A stretch of DNA of 64,000 bases. Source: Lingula anatina. Its lineage: Eukaryota > Animalia > Brachiopoda. The DNA lies in contig CM120645.1 in assembly GCA_051362555.1 (NCBI GenBank), positions 15,314,001 to 15,378,000 of the forward strand, written 5' to 3'. Made by a program: the position numbers and the translations under genes. This document shows, in pieces, positions 1 to 11,825 of the stretch. Each line of letters starts with the position of its first letter. Position 1 is the first letter of the stretch. Below the pieces are notes generated by a model that did not search any database, was not told the DNA's origin, and saw only the letters and a program-made list of their open reading frames with translations.

Positions 1-1437
1 AATGATACTCCGATGTTTTCCTTCCTCATTGAATTCATGATTTTCTCTGATATTCCTTTCACGTATGGGATTGTGACCTGTCCTTTGGATTTTTCCACTT
101 TCTGCTCTTTCTTGTTTTTGGATATCTTACTTCCTGATCTTTTCATTTCCATTTGATGTTTCACCTTCTTTATTGTCCATTTTGGATAATTACATTGTTT
201 CAATGCTTCTTTTATGATGTTTTCTTCTTCCATCCTGTCCTCTGGTTCGGTCACTAGTTCGTAACAGCCATCTAACAATGTTCTTACTACTGCCAATTTG
301 TGTACTACTGGATGGTGGGATGTGAAATCCAGATACTGGTTAGTGTGAGTTGGTTTTCTGTACACTTTGGTTTTTATGGATCCATCTGCTTTGACTATAA
401 TGTCTGTGTCCAAGAAAGCTATGTGGTTGTCCTTCATTTCTTCATTGGTGAATTTTATGCTGTTGGAGAGGTCAATGCTATTCATGTGTTGGTTCACTGC
501 TGCTGTAGTGCCCTTTGGTATTATTGCCAGGATGTCATCCACATATCTGAGCCATAGGCGTGGCTTGCACCAAAGGGGGCCGTTTTAATGGCTGTTTGCT
601 CCAAATCCTCCATGAAAATGTTAGCTATCAAAGGAGATACCGGACTGCCCATTGCTGTACCGAATTTTTGGTGGTATATTATTCCTCTGAAACTGAAATA
701 TGTTTTTGTTAAAACAAATTCCAATAGTTCCATGATGTCATCAATAGATAGTAGCGTTCTCTGTTTCAGTTTCTTGTTCTCTAGTAGTCTCCTTCTGGTG
801 ATGTCAAGCGCTTGGTCGATGGGTGTGTTGGTGAATAATGAGGTTACATCAAATGATACCAATGTTTCATCTTTTTCAATTCTTAATTCCTTCAAGATCT
901 TGACTAAATGTTTTGAATTTTGAACATGATGTTCTGTGTTCCCTATCAATGGAGCTAGTATGTCCGCTAAACTTCTTGAAAGGTTATATGTTATGGAACC
1001 TGTATAGTCCACTATCGGTCTTAGAGGTGTGTTCTCTTTGTGTACTTTGGGCGTACAATATAGTCTAGGTGTTATTTCTGCTGTGGGATAAAGGAAATGT
1101 TTCTGTTGTTCACTGATTTTTCCTGCTTTTAACAATCTGTTTATGTTGGCAACTACCTTTCTCTTATAAGATTGAGTGGGGTCAACATCCAGCTTACCGT
1201 ATGTACGTGTGTCTGCTAACATGTGTTGTACTTTCTCGTTGTACTCCTCCACGTCCATTATTACCGTTTTTCGTCCTTTGTCCGCCGGTAGTATCATTAT
1301 GTCCTTTTCCTTTCTTAATGTTTTTAATGCCCGTTGTTCTCCCTTTGTTAAATTGGACGCTGGTGTCTTGTTGGACTTTAGGATTGATGTTACCTTCCCT
1401 CTCAGTTGGTCCCGTTTGTTTTCCGGTAGTAGCATGC
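1..1437 (-). mobile_element. Penelope-like retroelement (RT region), 5'-truncated, one frameshift near 575; continues off the left edge
   Basis: ORF 521-1435 has PLE RT motifs (ILPADKG, PKVHK..PLRPIV, SFDVTSLFTN, GTAMGSPVSP). A shifted frame continues RYVDD..FLD..VYRKPTHT.QYL..SHHP..YP..IPYVKG to base 1. Confidence 0.92.
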
Positions 1438-1439
1438 AA

Positions 1440-1594
1440 CAGTCAACAGGTAAATCAAATTTCAGGATCTAGCATAAATGAAACCTTTTTGACTAGCATT
1501 ATTTATTATTGCATCAAAATTGACAAAATGACCTTTTTTTGCATCTTTATTTTCTGTTTTTTGTCTGTACATTTGACAGCTTTGCTGCCTTGTT
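1440..1594 (+). mobile_element. 3' terminus of helentron-like (HINE) element, family A
   Basis: Ends gtctgtacatttgacagctttgctgccttgtt (subterminal IR plus 3' hairpin). The same end occurs at ~35058-35089, ~50173-50202 and on the minus strand at 7639 and 59897. Confidence 0.65.
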
Positions 1595-2060
1595 TCAACA
1601 TATGTGCAACACCGATAAAGCGATAAGTCAAAAACCTTTTTACTTTTTGGCTTGAAACTTAAAGAACTGATGAAAATTCACAATATTCAGGACAAGTTCA
1701 AAAATTAGCATGATCTGGCCATTTTTGAAAAAGTTATGCTGTTTTTTCACTTTTTCAGCATATATACAACACCGATAAAGCGATAAGTGAAAACCCGTTT
1801 TACTATTTGGCTTGAAACTTACAGAACTGATGAATATTTGCAATTCGCAGGTCAAGTTCAAAAATCAGCATGATCAGCCATTTTTATAAAAATTTGCTGT
1901 TTTTTTACACTTTTTTCAGCATATATGCAACACCGTTAACACAATAAGTGGAAAACCATTTTACCTTTTGGCTTGAAACTTACAGAACTGATGAATATTC
2001 ATTATACGCAGGTCAAGTTTCGAAAATCAGCTTGATCAGATCATTTTCACAAAAGTTATA
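1595..2060 (+). repeat. Tandem array of ~160-bp core repeats (about 3 units)
   Basis: The unit ...gcaacaccgataa...ggcttgaaacttacagaactgatgaatattc...caagttcaaaaatcagcatgatc recurs at ~1597, 1758 and 1919. Same monomer at 34200, 48620 and (minus) 63050-63655. Confidence 0.9.
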
Positions 2061-2582
2061 AGGCTTTGTTCACATGGAAAGTCTATTTTCAAAAGATCTA
2101 TTTTCTATTCGCGGTATCTTATGATCACGGTCTGTGACCTGAATATCCCGCAGCGTAATTACTGGCAGCGCTAGCCAGTTACTTATACAAAGCTGTAATT
2201 AATTCTTGGCTGTGCTCGCATTCTATAAAATCTCATTCTCCGTTGCAGCATCACTTGCCATCGGATCATGACGGTTGCACTCGTATCTGTCGTGTGTATA
2301 GCTTCTTCATCTTCTTCGTCATGTTGTTGCATAAAATCGACAAAAACATTTTTCAAAGCAACCGCGATCGCCATTAACTTTCTAACTTCCTACTGCGCTT
2401 GCGTCAAGGTGTCAGAATCTCTTCCGAGCACAGCCGAGAATTAATTACAGCTTTGGAAGTAACTGGCTCGCACTGCCAGTAATTACGCCGCGGGATATTC
2501 AGGGCACAGACCGTGATCACAAGATATACCGTGAATAGAAAATAGATTTTTAGAAAATAGACTTTCCATGTGAACGAAGCCT
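2061..2582. mobile_element. Non-autonomous TIR element (PIF/Harbinger-like) with ~155-bp TIRs
   Basis: aggctttgttcacatggaaagtctattttc... is inverted as ...gaaaatagactttccatgtgaacgaagcct, with TA on both sides. Inserted in the 160-bp repeat array. Confidence 0.85.
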
Positions 2583-2744
2583 TACCTTTTTTTCTGCATA
2601 TATGCAACGCTGATAATGCATTTTAAGGGAAACCGATCAGCCTTTTGTCTTGCAACTCACAGGAGTGGTCAGTCTGACTAATATACAGATCAAGTTTGAA
2701 AATAAAATTGATCAGTTAAGTTTAGATGAAGCTATGCCTTTTTT

Positions 2745-5700
2745 ATGTACAGACACATATAGCTGTCACCTGCGTTTGTCGTCGCCGTCGTTGCCGTCGC
2801 TGTGCACTTACAGAACTGGGCCCAGTTGCACCAACAGGGCGTAAATTTACTCAGATATGACTGTCATTAACCGCAACGCCTGGCATCCGTGTGCCAGGTT
2901 TACTCTCCCTGCTTACGCCCGTTGCACTAAGACAAAAACTGATCGTTGTAACGACGCCCGAGTAACGCTCCGTTGCGTCACTGGCCAGCAATACGTGAAT
3001 GGTATAATTGGGCAAATGAGGAGTTCTCAGCTGCAGTCATAATGGAGTGATGACATAAATAAATACAAAAGGAGCATTTCAGTGACGGAGAAATTCATAA
3101 GCTACATTATTCCATTTTGATTTAGAAATAAGAACGTCAAAATACGTTAACTTTGCTGTTGCCTTGGATATATAGCAATAAAATCGTAAAATATACATAA
3201 TTATAGTATGCTTTTATAGTATGCTGTTGTAAATGAGAAAAACACGTTGGAGGCAGTGCGTACATGTATTTCTATTAATGAATTTGAACACCTTCACATT
3301 TGTTATTGAAACTTTTGAGTCTGAAAATAATGCAAAAATGCCAACATTTCTTTCTTTTTATAATTTTACATCAGTGCCGACAATTTCATAACCTTTTTAT
3401 CTATGGTTACACTGTGAGGTATCATTTAATTCAATCGAGCTTACATCTTGGAGATTAAGAAATACAAGAGACCTAATACATATTATATGAGCCTTAAAAT
3501 GTTGATATTTTAAGCTTTTGTCTCTATGTTTATACATAGTAAAATAGGAAAGTTTGGCGTAGTCAAATGACATTTTATGGCGACAACAATCTCCAGAGCT
3601 TATTTACGCACATGTGCATTCTGCACATGCTCAATTGTGCCCTAGAGGGGTAATCTCCATTGAGGCACATGTTGCTACTTAAACCATGGGGCATCACTGC
3701 CTGGCCTCATTTTGCTTGATTCATTCTGTTCACGCGCATGATACAATTAAGCTACAAGTTATCTCAAATCTTAAACTGAAATCTTCAGTTCAAAAAATTT
3801 CATTTTACCTGCCCCACAAATGAAATTTGTGCAAAATTGTTGGTAAATAATAACTTTTGCTGACTCGTCGCATCATAATTTTTAGGATGATGAGTCTTAT
3901 TAAATATTTGATATATAATTTTTATCCCTAAGGCCATAACATTCAATACAGGCAACAATTTGCTACATTGTTGTTATTGTTAAAACGATTAGGATAGAGG
4001 GGTTAAAAAAAAAAGCGGCCTTGTTTGGCCAAATCACGAACAATCAATAGTCCTTGTTGCCTTCTTTCTTGCTACAGTATGAATGAGACTATAAAAGTTT
4101 GTGGTACACTGAGATGGAGGAGACATAAATGAATGATATAAAATGTGAAGAAAAAATGACTATGGTGAGTTATGGTTTGTCAAAAATTGTGAAAAGAATT
4201 AAAGAAACCATACTGCTGAGAGCCAAGACGTACCTACATGAGTGGTAAGATTTAATTTGAACACATGCATACCGGTATATACATGTAGGGCTTGGCTACA
4301 CACATAATGTACTTAGTAATCACTTATATATATATAGGCCTATATACTACAAGATCACAGTCATATACTCAAATAAAATAAGATTTATGAAGTTTTGTGG
4401 AGGGGGAGTCAAATTTTCATGGGGGGAGTCAGATTTACATTATGAAAATCTGACTGGGGGAGTCAGATTTTCATGGGAGTCAGATTTTCATGTTACAATG
4501 GTCCCTTACTCGCTTCACCTCCACCTGGGTGAGTGTAACTGTGTATGGAACATGCGGAAAAATCATTTTTTCTCAAAATGGAAAGTTTCGCAAAGGTAGC
4601 GCAGTCTATCAGGTATGTAATAATGTTAGATTTAAACTGATATCTGCATGTCAGGTGACCAAGGTGACCGATTACTCATAAATAATAGTTTCTCCAGGTC
4701 TTGAATCTTTCACAGGCAGATTTCATTGACCTTACTGATAGTCATAGCACACACGATATTGCTTGTGTAAAGCATTTGATAGCAAAGATATGTGAGGTAA
4801 CATAGACTTATTTATCCTATGTGGAAGTAAAATTATCAAGGGACTGGGCCTCAGAGGCCCGGTTTCCAGGAAAAGGGAATAACTTTTGGAAAAGTTAATT
4901 TCTACATATGGTGTAAATTATTTCAAAACTAATTATTTATCCATTTATGAGGTATAAGTTGCTTGAGGATTACATGAAAGGAACAGGCTCAAAACCTCAT
5001 GCAAACGAAGAGAGAGCAAAAGATACATGGGTCCGGGCCTGCGAGGCCCCTGAAAGGTGGATGAGGGTTAAAGCATTGTGAATGCTTGGTAGAAAGGTAA
5101 AAAAAAAGTCATGAATAGATATGCTGCATATTACCAAATCTATTCAAGGTAACTTCGACTCATACGAAGCAGCCCAACTGTTGGGTGGCCTGTCCGACCT
5201 TCACCCACCAAATACCTCGACATCCTTATCGACCCTTTTTTTGCTACAAAATAACTTGGTATGTCACAGAAATTTTTTCGGGTGATAATCGCTGGCCACC
5301 GCCAGCCTTTTGTATTATTGTAAAAAGGTGATCTCTCCATGCCCAATATCAATGCCATACCAATCCAAAAAGACAGCGCCCATTCTCTTTATGATTTTAA
5401 TTGTCGTGTAATTTGAAAGTAATTTGACGGCAAAGCGGCCATATTTCCACGTGGCGTTAATACGCATGCGCAGAAATCTCATTTTCCGGCAAATTCAATA
5501 ACGACGTTTGCGACAACCGACTTCATTGGGGGGTGATTTCTTTTTTTTTTCAGAGAACAGACGAAAATCAGTGCGCGCGCAGGATGTCATCCATAAAAAT
5601 AAAAAAGTTCGGCCCTATGGACAGATTTTGATGTAATTTTTAGGAACTGTCAGAAGTGGGCCAAGGAAGAGATGCTTAGTATTTGGTGGTGATCTGGATC

Positions 5701-6790
5701 AATAATCAACAATCAAATATCAATCATCAACATAGCTCAAAAAGCTATGGACCGATTTTGATGAAATTTTCAGGGTAGGTCAGAATTGGGTTAACCTAGA
5801 AATAATTAGTTTTTGGTGGTGATCTGGATCAATAATCAATAATGAAAAAACAATCATCAACATAACTCAAAAAGTTATGGACTGATTTTAATGAATTTTT
5901 CAGGGAAGGTCAGAAATGGGTTAACTTAGAAGTGATTAATTTTTGGTGGTGATCCGGATCAATAATCAATCAATAATCAGTAATAATCAAAAATTGCTGC
6001 CTTGTCAGAGGTCTGTGCTCTCGGAGTACTTTTCTAGTTTAAAGTCATAATAACCCTTCGTTTTGGCTAAAAATTGGATTTTCCTGGAGTAAATAGCAAT
6101 TTTCCCGTACTTCCCAATGGTCAATGACCCCATCCCTGCATTCAAAGTTGGTCCAGGTTTTTTTTCCTAAACCTTTGGTTTTTTTGTTAAAATCTCTTTA
6201 GAGATTTTTTAGATTTTAACTGACGGAGCCCTCTCTGACATTGCATAGTCACACGATATCGAGCGATATTTTCTGGTGACCTACTTAAAAGCTGACAACA
6301 ACAATATGTACTATTTAACAATAATATAAGATTCGTCTTATTGCTCAAAATGCATTTTTAACTACAATGTGTGCAGTTCCGGGCTTTTACGTTTTCCGAC
6401 GCACTGTACAAAAACTCGAAACTTACGTCTGAGGATTGCATCATGCGCCTCCTCTCATATGGTGCTATATGTTATTTCGGTCTCGAATGAACTCGAGAAT
6501 CCATGTGACACCCTAACGTCATTGGCAACGGATGCCTTGACGACCGGTAAGAAAGGCATCGAAAGCCCTATTGACAAGCACAGATTTAAGTTTTACTACA
6601 ATAACAGCCGTTTTATTGGTAAAATACAATGCAATATATTTTCATGAGTTGTTTACAATGTATTTCTTGCAGAATTTTGAATCTCAAAGGAAGAGTTATT
6701 AATTGCTTTAATATTGCATCAAAATTGACAAAATGACCTATTTTGCGTCTTGATTTTCTGTTTTTTTTTTCTGTACATTTGGCAGCTTTT
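2745..6790 (+). mobile_element. Probable family-A HINE copy with nested/captured internal sequence
   Basis: Starts tttttatgtacagacac..gtcgccgtcg (5' end plus microsatellite). A degenerate 3' end ctgtacatttggcagc lies at ~6771-6790. The interior is heterogeneous. Confidence 0.45.
5610..6039 (+). repeat. HINE family B fragment with ~120-bp tandem core repeats
   Basis: Three units of gattttgatgaaattttcagg...tttggtggtgatctggatcaataatcaa, ending gccttgtcagaggtctgtgctctcggagtacttttctagtt as in the copy at 34759-35007. Confidence 0.75.
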
Positions 6791-7034
6791 TTAGTATTAT
6801 ATTAAGTGTTTTTTTTCTTCAGATTAATTCTTAAGCATTTTAATAGTCTTGTTATGGAACTAATTAGATATGTAAAAGTGTTGTTTTGACATTTTCTGCT
6901 TCTTAACAATATTGTTAGTTGATTAGATAAAAATGACGGTAAACCTGCTATCGTGCATTGTTGAATAAAGCATCAAAAATGGAAATGAACTCATATCATT
7001 GCAGTTCGTCAGATTCAATCATTCACTAAGTTAA

Positions 7035-7372
7035 AGGGATAATAACTCTTCATATGAAATCTATATTTCACAATAAAAACAATGTGAATAACTCATAGAA
7101 ATATAATATATTCTGTTTTACGACGAAAACAGCAGTTATAGCTATTATTCTGATATCTGAGCTTGTCTTCAGATCACGTGACCTCCATTGATGGCTATAC
7201 TCTGTTAAAATCTCTTAAGAGATTTTAACAAAAAACCAAACTTTTTAGAAAAAAAACCAGGGACTAACTTTGAATGTAAAAATGGATTCATTAACCATTG
7301 GTAAGCATGGGAAAATTGTTGTTTACTCCAGGAAAATTAATTTTTTGGCCAAAATGAAGAGTTATTATCCCT
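7035..7372. mobile_element. Kolobok-type non-autonomous DNA transposon
   Basis: TTAA|agggataataactcttcat...atgaagagttattatccct|TTAA. Paralogous empty site near 49031. Related copies at ~8636-8980 and (inverted fragment) ~6040-6235. Confidence 0.85.
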
Positions 7373-7812
7373 TTAAGAATCTCAGAATGGAGCAAGTTGG
7401 CATTTAAAATTTTTCTATTGATATTTTTCCTTTGACAACATTTTTTAATTGATCATATAAAAATGACAGTAAATTGATTATTTTGTTTTATGTAAAAAGG
7501 TGTTGAAAATGGAAATAAACTCTTTTCAATACAGCTATCACTTGTTTACATTTTGGGATAAATTATCAAAGTGTGACTCTGAACTCTATGGGTTAGTCAC
7601 ATTTTCTGAATATCCATGATACTTTTATTCTATTATTAAACAAGGCAGCAAAGTTGTCAAATGTACAGACAAAAAGCAGAAAATAAAAATGCAAAAAATA
7701 GGATACTGTCAATTCTGATGCACTAATGTATTATGCTTCACTGCATAGCCAACATCAAATTTTAATTCTGCACAACCGTTGATTAGGATGAAAGTAAAAT
7801 GTGTAACAAGCA

Positions 7813-8027
7813 TTAGACCAAGTTCCCATACCTAACAGGATCAATCCAACTCCAAGGGGTTTCCCACTAAATTGCTTTCAGCTTAAGCAGCTTAGAATTC
7901 TGGCATGCCAGTTTCAGTAGGCGTGACAGACAGCTAAGCCACTTACATTGATTGCAATTTAGTGAGAATCCCCTTGGAGATAGATGGATCCACAGTTAGT
8001 GTGATAGGGTCTGGAAATGGTCCCTAA
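7813..8027. mobile_element. Harbinger-like palindromic MITE family (also ~9271-9500, ~9556-9690, 32482-32960)
   Basis: Imperfect internal palindrome cccactaaattgc...gcaatttagtgaga with TTA/TAA-flanked ends. Absent from the paralogous module at ~61245. Confidence 0.7.
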
Positions 8028-9962
8028 GCCTTCAGGCTGATAAGAGTTAAAGTTCATACTTTGGAAATGCCAGAATGAGAACAAAAAAAAATTGCTTAAA
8101 CTCAATAAAAAAAATATATATATATATGATTCAATAGAGCTGTTTTTCTAATTTGGGCTGTATGTCAATCCTAAGAATCATTCTTGTAAGTAAAAAAAAA
8201 TACAGAAAATGTTACAAAGTAACAGTACAGGGCTCCTGGTGGATGGGAGTGAAAAGTCACATATTGAAAATGCCAGTTTGAAAACTAAACATTGAAAAAG
8301 GAAAAATTACAAAAATATTCCACTAAAGCTGCCATTCAGTCTAGCTGCATTACCATGATATGAATCATGCAACTTGAGTTTGGAGATAATTAATAAAGGG
8401 AAATCTCAACAAGTGTGTTTTATGTAAGCTCATTTAATGGCCACTTCAGACCATATTAGACAAGATGATTACCCAAGGGACGATTACAGACCATTACACC
8501 CATCTTATCCATATGCCACAAACTATGTGCTAGAATGATAAAAATGAAACTTTCACAAAAATTCAAGAAAAAAGCAGAAAATAATAATGCACAAAAAAGG
8601 ATACTGTCAATGCTGATGCAATAATACATTATGCTTAAATGGATAATAACTCTTCGTATGAGATCTATATTTCATGATATAAACAGTATAAACAACTCAT
8701 AGAAATATAATATATTTTGTTTTAACACAAAAAGGGCAGTCATAGCAATTATTCTGATATCTGAGCTTGTCATCAGACCATATATGACCTCCATAGATGG
8801 CTATACTCTGTAAGAGATTATAACAAAAAAAAAAAAAAAAAACCTCTTTAGAAAAAAAAAAACAAAAAAACAGGGACTAAATTTGAATGTAGAAAGGGAT
8901 TCATTAACCATTGGTAAGTATATTGTTTACTCCAGGAAAATTCATCTTTTGGCCAAAACGAACAGTTATTATCCCAAAATTTAACTGCAAAGTCAAGTTG
9001 CAAATATTGCACAACAGTTATGGGGCAAACTCCGTATGTTGGACAGCAACAGCGACAGCAATGATGTGGACCGACAGAATATATACAGATACTTACAGAA
9101 TCTGTATTTAAAAAATTAAAAAAAGAAAAAAGATAACAAAAATATCCTCAAAGCTGCTTTTCAACCATTTAATTTACCGGTAGCTGTGTCAACATGCTTT
9201 GAAACAGCCAAGTGAGATTGAGGTACTGCCATTATAGCATTATACACACATTGTTTTGTCATATGCAATATTAGACTGGGTTCCCACAGATTTAGATCGA
9301 TCCATCTGGATCGACCTAACGACCTGGGGGTTCACACTAAATTGCTGTAAGCTTCCAAGAGCCGAGTGCACACAAAAGTTAATTACCCCATTACAGCTTT
9401 TAGTAGGTATGACAAACATTTAAGCTGGTTAGCTGACAGCAATATAGTGAGACTCCCCAGGGGGATAGATCAATCTAAATATCTGTGGGTATGGTCTCTT
9501 TTTCAACATTTAATACATGATTATCACCAATTCTTAATTATGTGACACTGTTAATTTAGATCCCGTTCCCATATCTAGATCAATCTAGCAGGTTTTCTCA
9601 CTAAATTACATTCAGCTTAAGCTGTTTAAATGTCTGGCATGTCTACTGAAGCTGTTAGGGGGTAATATACTATTGTTTAGCATCTTTTTCAAGGTGCCCA
9701 ATGTCCTCCACCCCTTGTATATTTGAAGCATTAACTCTTTATTTTCTGTCCATCTGAATTTACAAGTGTCCACTGGGGAATAATACCAAAGGTGCTACAA
9801 TTAACCTGCGTCATGTTTGCTCCATATTAACTGTCATAATAACACATTTCTCTTTTCATTTTTTATCTATTTATTTCTTTATTTGGGGGTGGAAGGGGTG
9901 GATCAACATCACCATGACATGAAATAGTAATTAATTTCATGTCATCTTTGCAGATATTCAAA

Positions 9963-11825
9963 ATGGATACTCCAAAATTACAGCAGGAAGAAATAATAGA
10001 ACCAAGCTTTGCCTATCAATTGACTGATGGCATTTATCATATGAAGGAGAAAGGCTTGTTCTGTAATGTTACCATTGAAGTTCAAGGTCAAAAATTTCCA
10101 TGCCACAAAGTTGTTCTGGCTTCCGTTTCAAGTTATTTTGAAGCAAAGTTTACAAGCTCTATAAGAGAGAATAAATCTGCTGAAATTGCCATGCATGGTA
10201 TGGAGGCCCAGGTTTTTGAAACCATATTAGACTTCATCTATACTGGGAAGTGTGAGATTTCCAAAGAGAATGCACAAGCTGTTATGGATGCAGCCAACAA
10301 GCTCCAAATTTTTACTTTGATCAAAATATGTGGCAAGTACATAGCAAGGAATCTAACACCAGAAAACTGTTTGTCTATTTGGCAGTATGCTAATAGCATT
10401 TCCTGCAAAGAGCTCATCCAAAAAACTAAGCAGTTTTCCTTGAAAAACTTTCTGAAAGTTCCATTTTCTTCAGTAACGTCCCTGTCAAAAGATGTCCTTA
10501 TTCAATTCATATCAAGTAATAGTTTGAATATTCAGTCTGAAGATAATGTCGCTCAAATGGCTCTTCAATGGATAGAAGCAGAACCAGAAAGAGAGACCGA
10601 TGCTGTAGAAGTTCTCTTGCATGTTCGATTCTCCTGTATAAGTTCTCGATACCTGATGGAATTAATGGACCATGAAATTATAAAACAAAAAGAGAGCATT
10701 TTAAAGCTTATCCATCAAGCCCAACTTTTCCAGGCAGACCCTACCATGTACCTTGAGATACCATATCCCCAAGCATCACCAAGGGCCTCCTTGAAAAAAC
10801 AAGAGTATGTCTCTCTTCTTGTTGCACAGACTGGTGAAAGTGATGAATATTATTTTAGAGGTGAAAGTGATAAATATTCTTTTAGACAGACCACGAGTTT
10901 GGCCCAACCAAAATGGACATCAAAAGAATTCAGCCACCATAGATTGGTTGGTGCAGCTGTTTGCACAGTTAACTGTAACATTATGGTGTCTGGAGGTAAG
11001 AATGACCCGAGTATATTGACCATTTATGATAAAGCACTTGAGAAAAGAGGTTCCATTGTAATTGAACAGATGCTGTTTGGAAGACAAAACCATACTATGG
11101 TTAGTCTCTGCAGAAAATTAATTGTAATTGGGGGCCTACGACACAATTTTGACCAAATTGCCATAGAAAACTCAGTACATGTCTACAGCATCAGGTTCAA
11201 CAAATGGTACCAAGGAGGTTATCTGGTGACTGGGGTAATGCAACATGCCTCCGTCTCTTTTCAAGGTAAAATCTACACTTTTGGAGGAACAACTGCAATA
11301 TCTGGCTCTCTGCAAGGTGCCATTAACAAGGTTCAAATATACTCTCTGCAAACAAAAACATGTGTCCTGGGCCCACATATACCTTCAGCCATTTCCAAGT
11401 GCAGCGCCACAGTAATGGAAGAGTCCATCTTTGTTGTTGGCCTGGAGGAAATAACTAACTCTGACTCCAACTCTGATGAAGAGAAATATCATGAGCGAAA
11501 CTACAAGGACATCCACATGCAATCATGGTTACCGTATAGAATGATGTTCCAAGATGATAAATACTGTACAGGAAACCGTGTATTCTATCAGTTTAAGCCC
11601 CTAGTTGGAGTGTGGATCAAACTGAACCCACCCACCAACATTACTAATTCAGCTTTGTGTACACATTGTGGAAAAATTTGGAATATTATGGTTGGTTCCC
11701 ACACCAAAGTGTATTCCTACAATTCCCTGGATGATATGTGGGAGAGCAATTCAGAAACAGAGGAGACATACTCAACACCATCAGATATGAAATACTCAGT
11801 GAAATGCATTCAGCTAACTCACTAG
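9963..11825 (+). CDS. Kelch-like (BTB-BACK-Kelch) protein K1, 620 aa, single coding exon
   Basis: BTB (FPCHKVVLASVSSYF, ILDFIYTG), BACK (SEDNV..WI..VRF) and Kelch GG/Y/W motifs. Acceptor tctttgcAG at 9953, ATG at 9963. Confidence 0.93.
   Translation: MDTPKLQQEEIIEPSFAYQLTDGIYHMKEKGLFCNVTIEVQGQKFPCHKVVLASVSSYFEAKFTSSIRENKSAEIAMHGMEAQVFETILDFIYTGKCEISKENAQAVMDAANKLQIFTLIKICGKYIARNLTPENCLSIWQYANSISCKELIQKTKQFSLKNFLKVPFSSVTSLSKDVLIQFISSNSLNIQSEDNVAQMALQWIEAEPERETDAVEVLLHVRFSCISSRYLMELMDHEIIKQKESILKLIHQAQLFQADPTMYLEIPYPQASPRASLKKQEYVSLLVAQTGESDEYYFRGESDKYSFRQTTSLAQPKWTSKEFSHHRLVGAAVCTVNCNIMVSGGKNDPSILTIYDKALEKRGSIVIEQMLFGRQNHTMVSLCRKLIVIGGLRHNFDQIAIENSVHVYSIRFNKWYQGGYLVTGVMQHASVSFQGKIYTFGGTTAISGSLQGAINKVQIYSLQTKTCVLGPHIPSAISKCSATVMEESIFVVGLEEITNSDSNSDEEKYHERNYKDIHMQSWLPYRMMFQDDKYCTGNRVFYQFKPLVGVWIKLNPPTNITNSALCTHCGKIWNIMVGSHTKVYSYNSLDDMWESNSETEETYSTPSDMKYSVKCIQLTH

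Noticed and set aside
300-1626. Plus-strand ORFs over the Penelope element and short ORFs antisense to BEL, Gypsy and kelch
   Set aside because: Shadow frames with no recognisable motifs.
4395-4497. gggagtcagattttcat repeats as a regulatory array
   Set aside because: More likely the subterminal repeats of a lone TIR end (...tgttaca); no partner end found.
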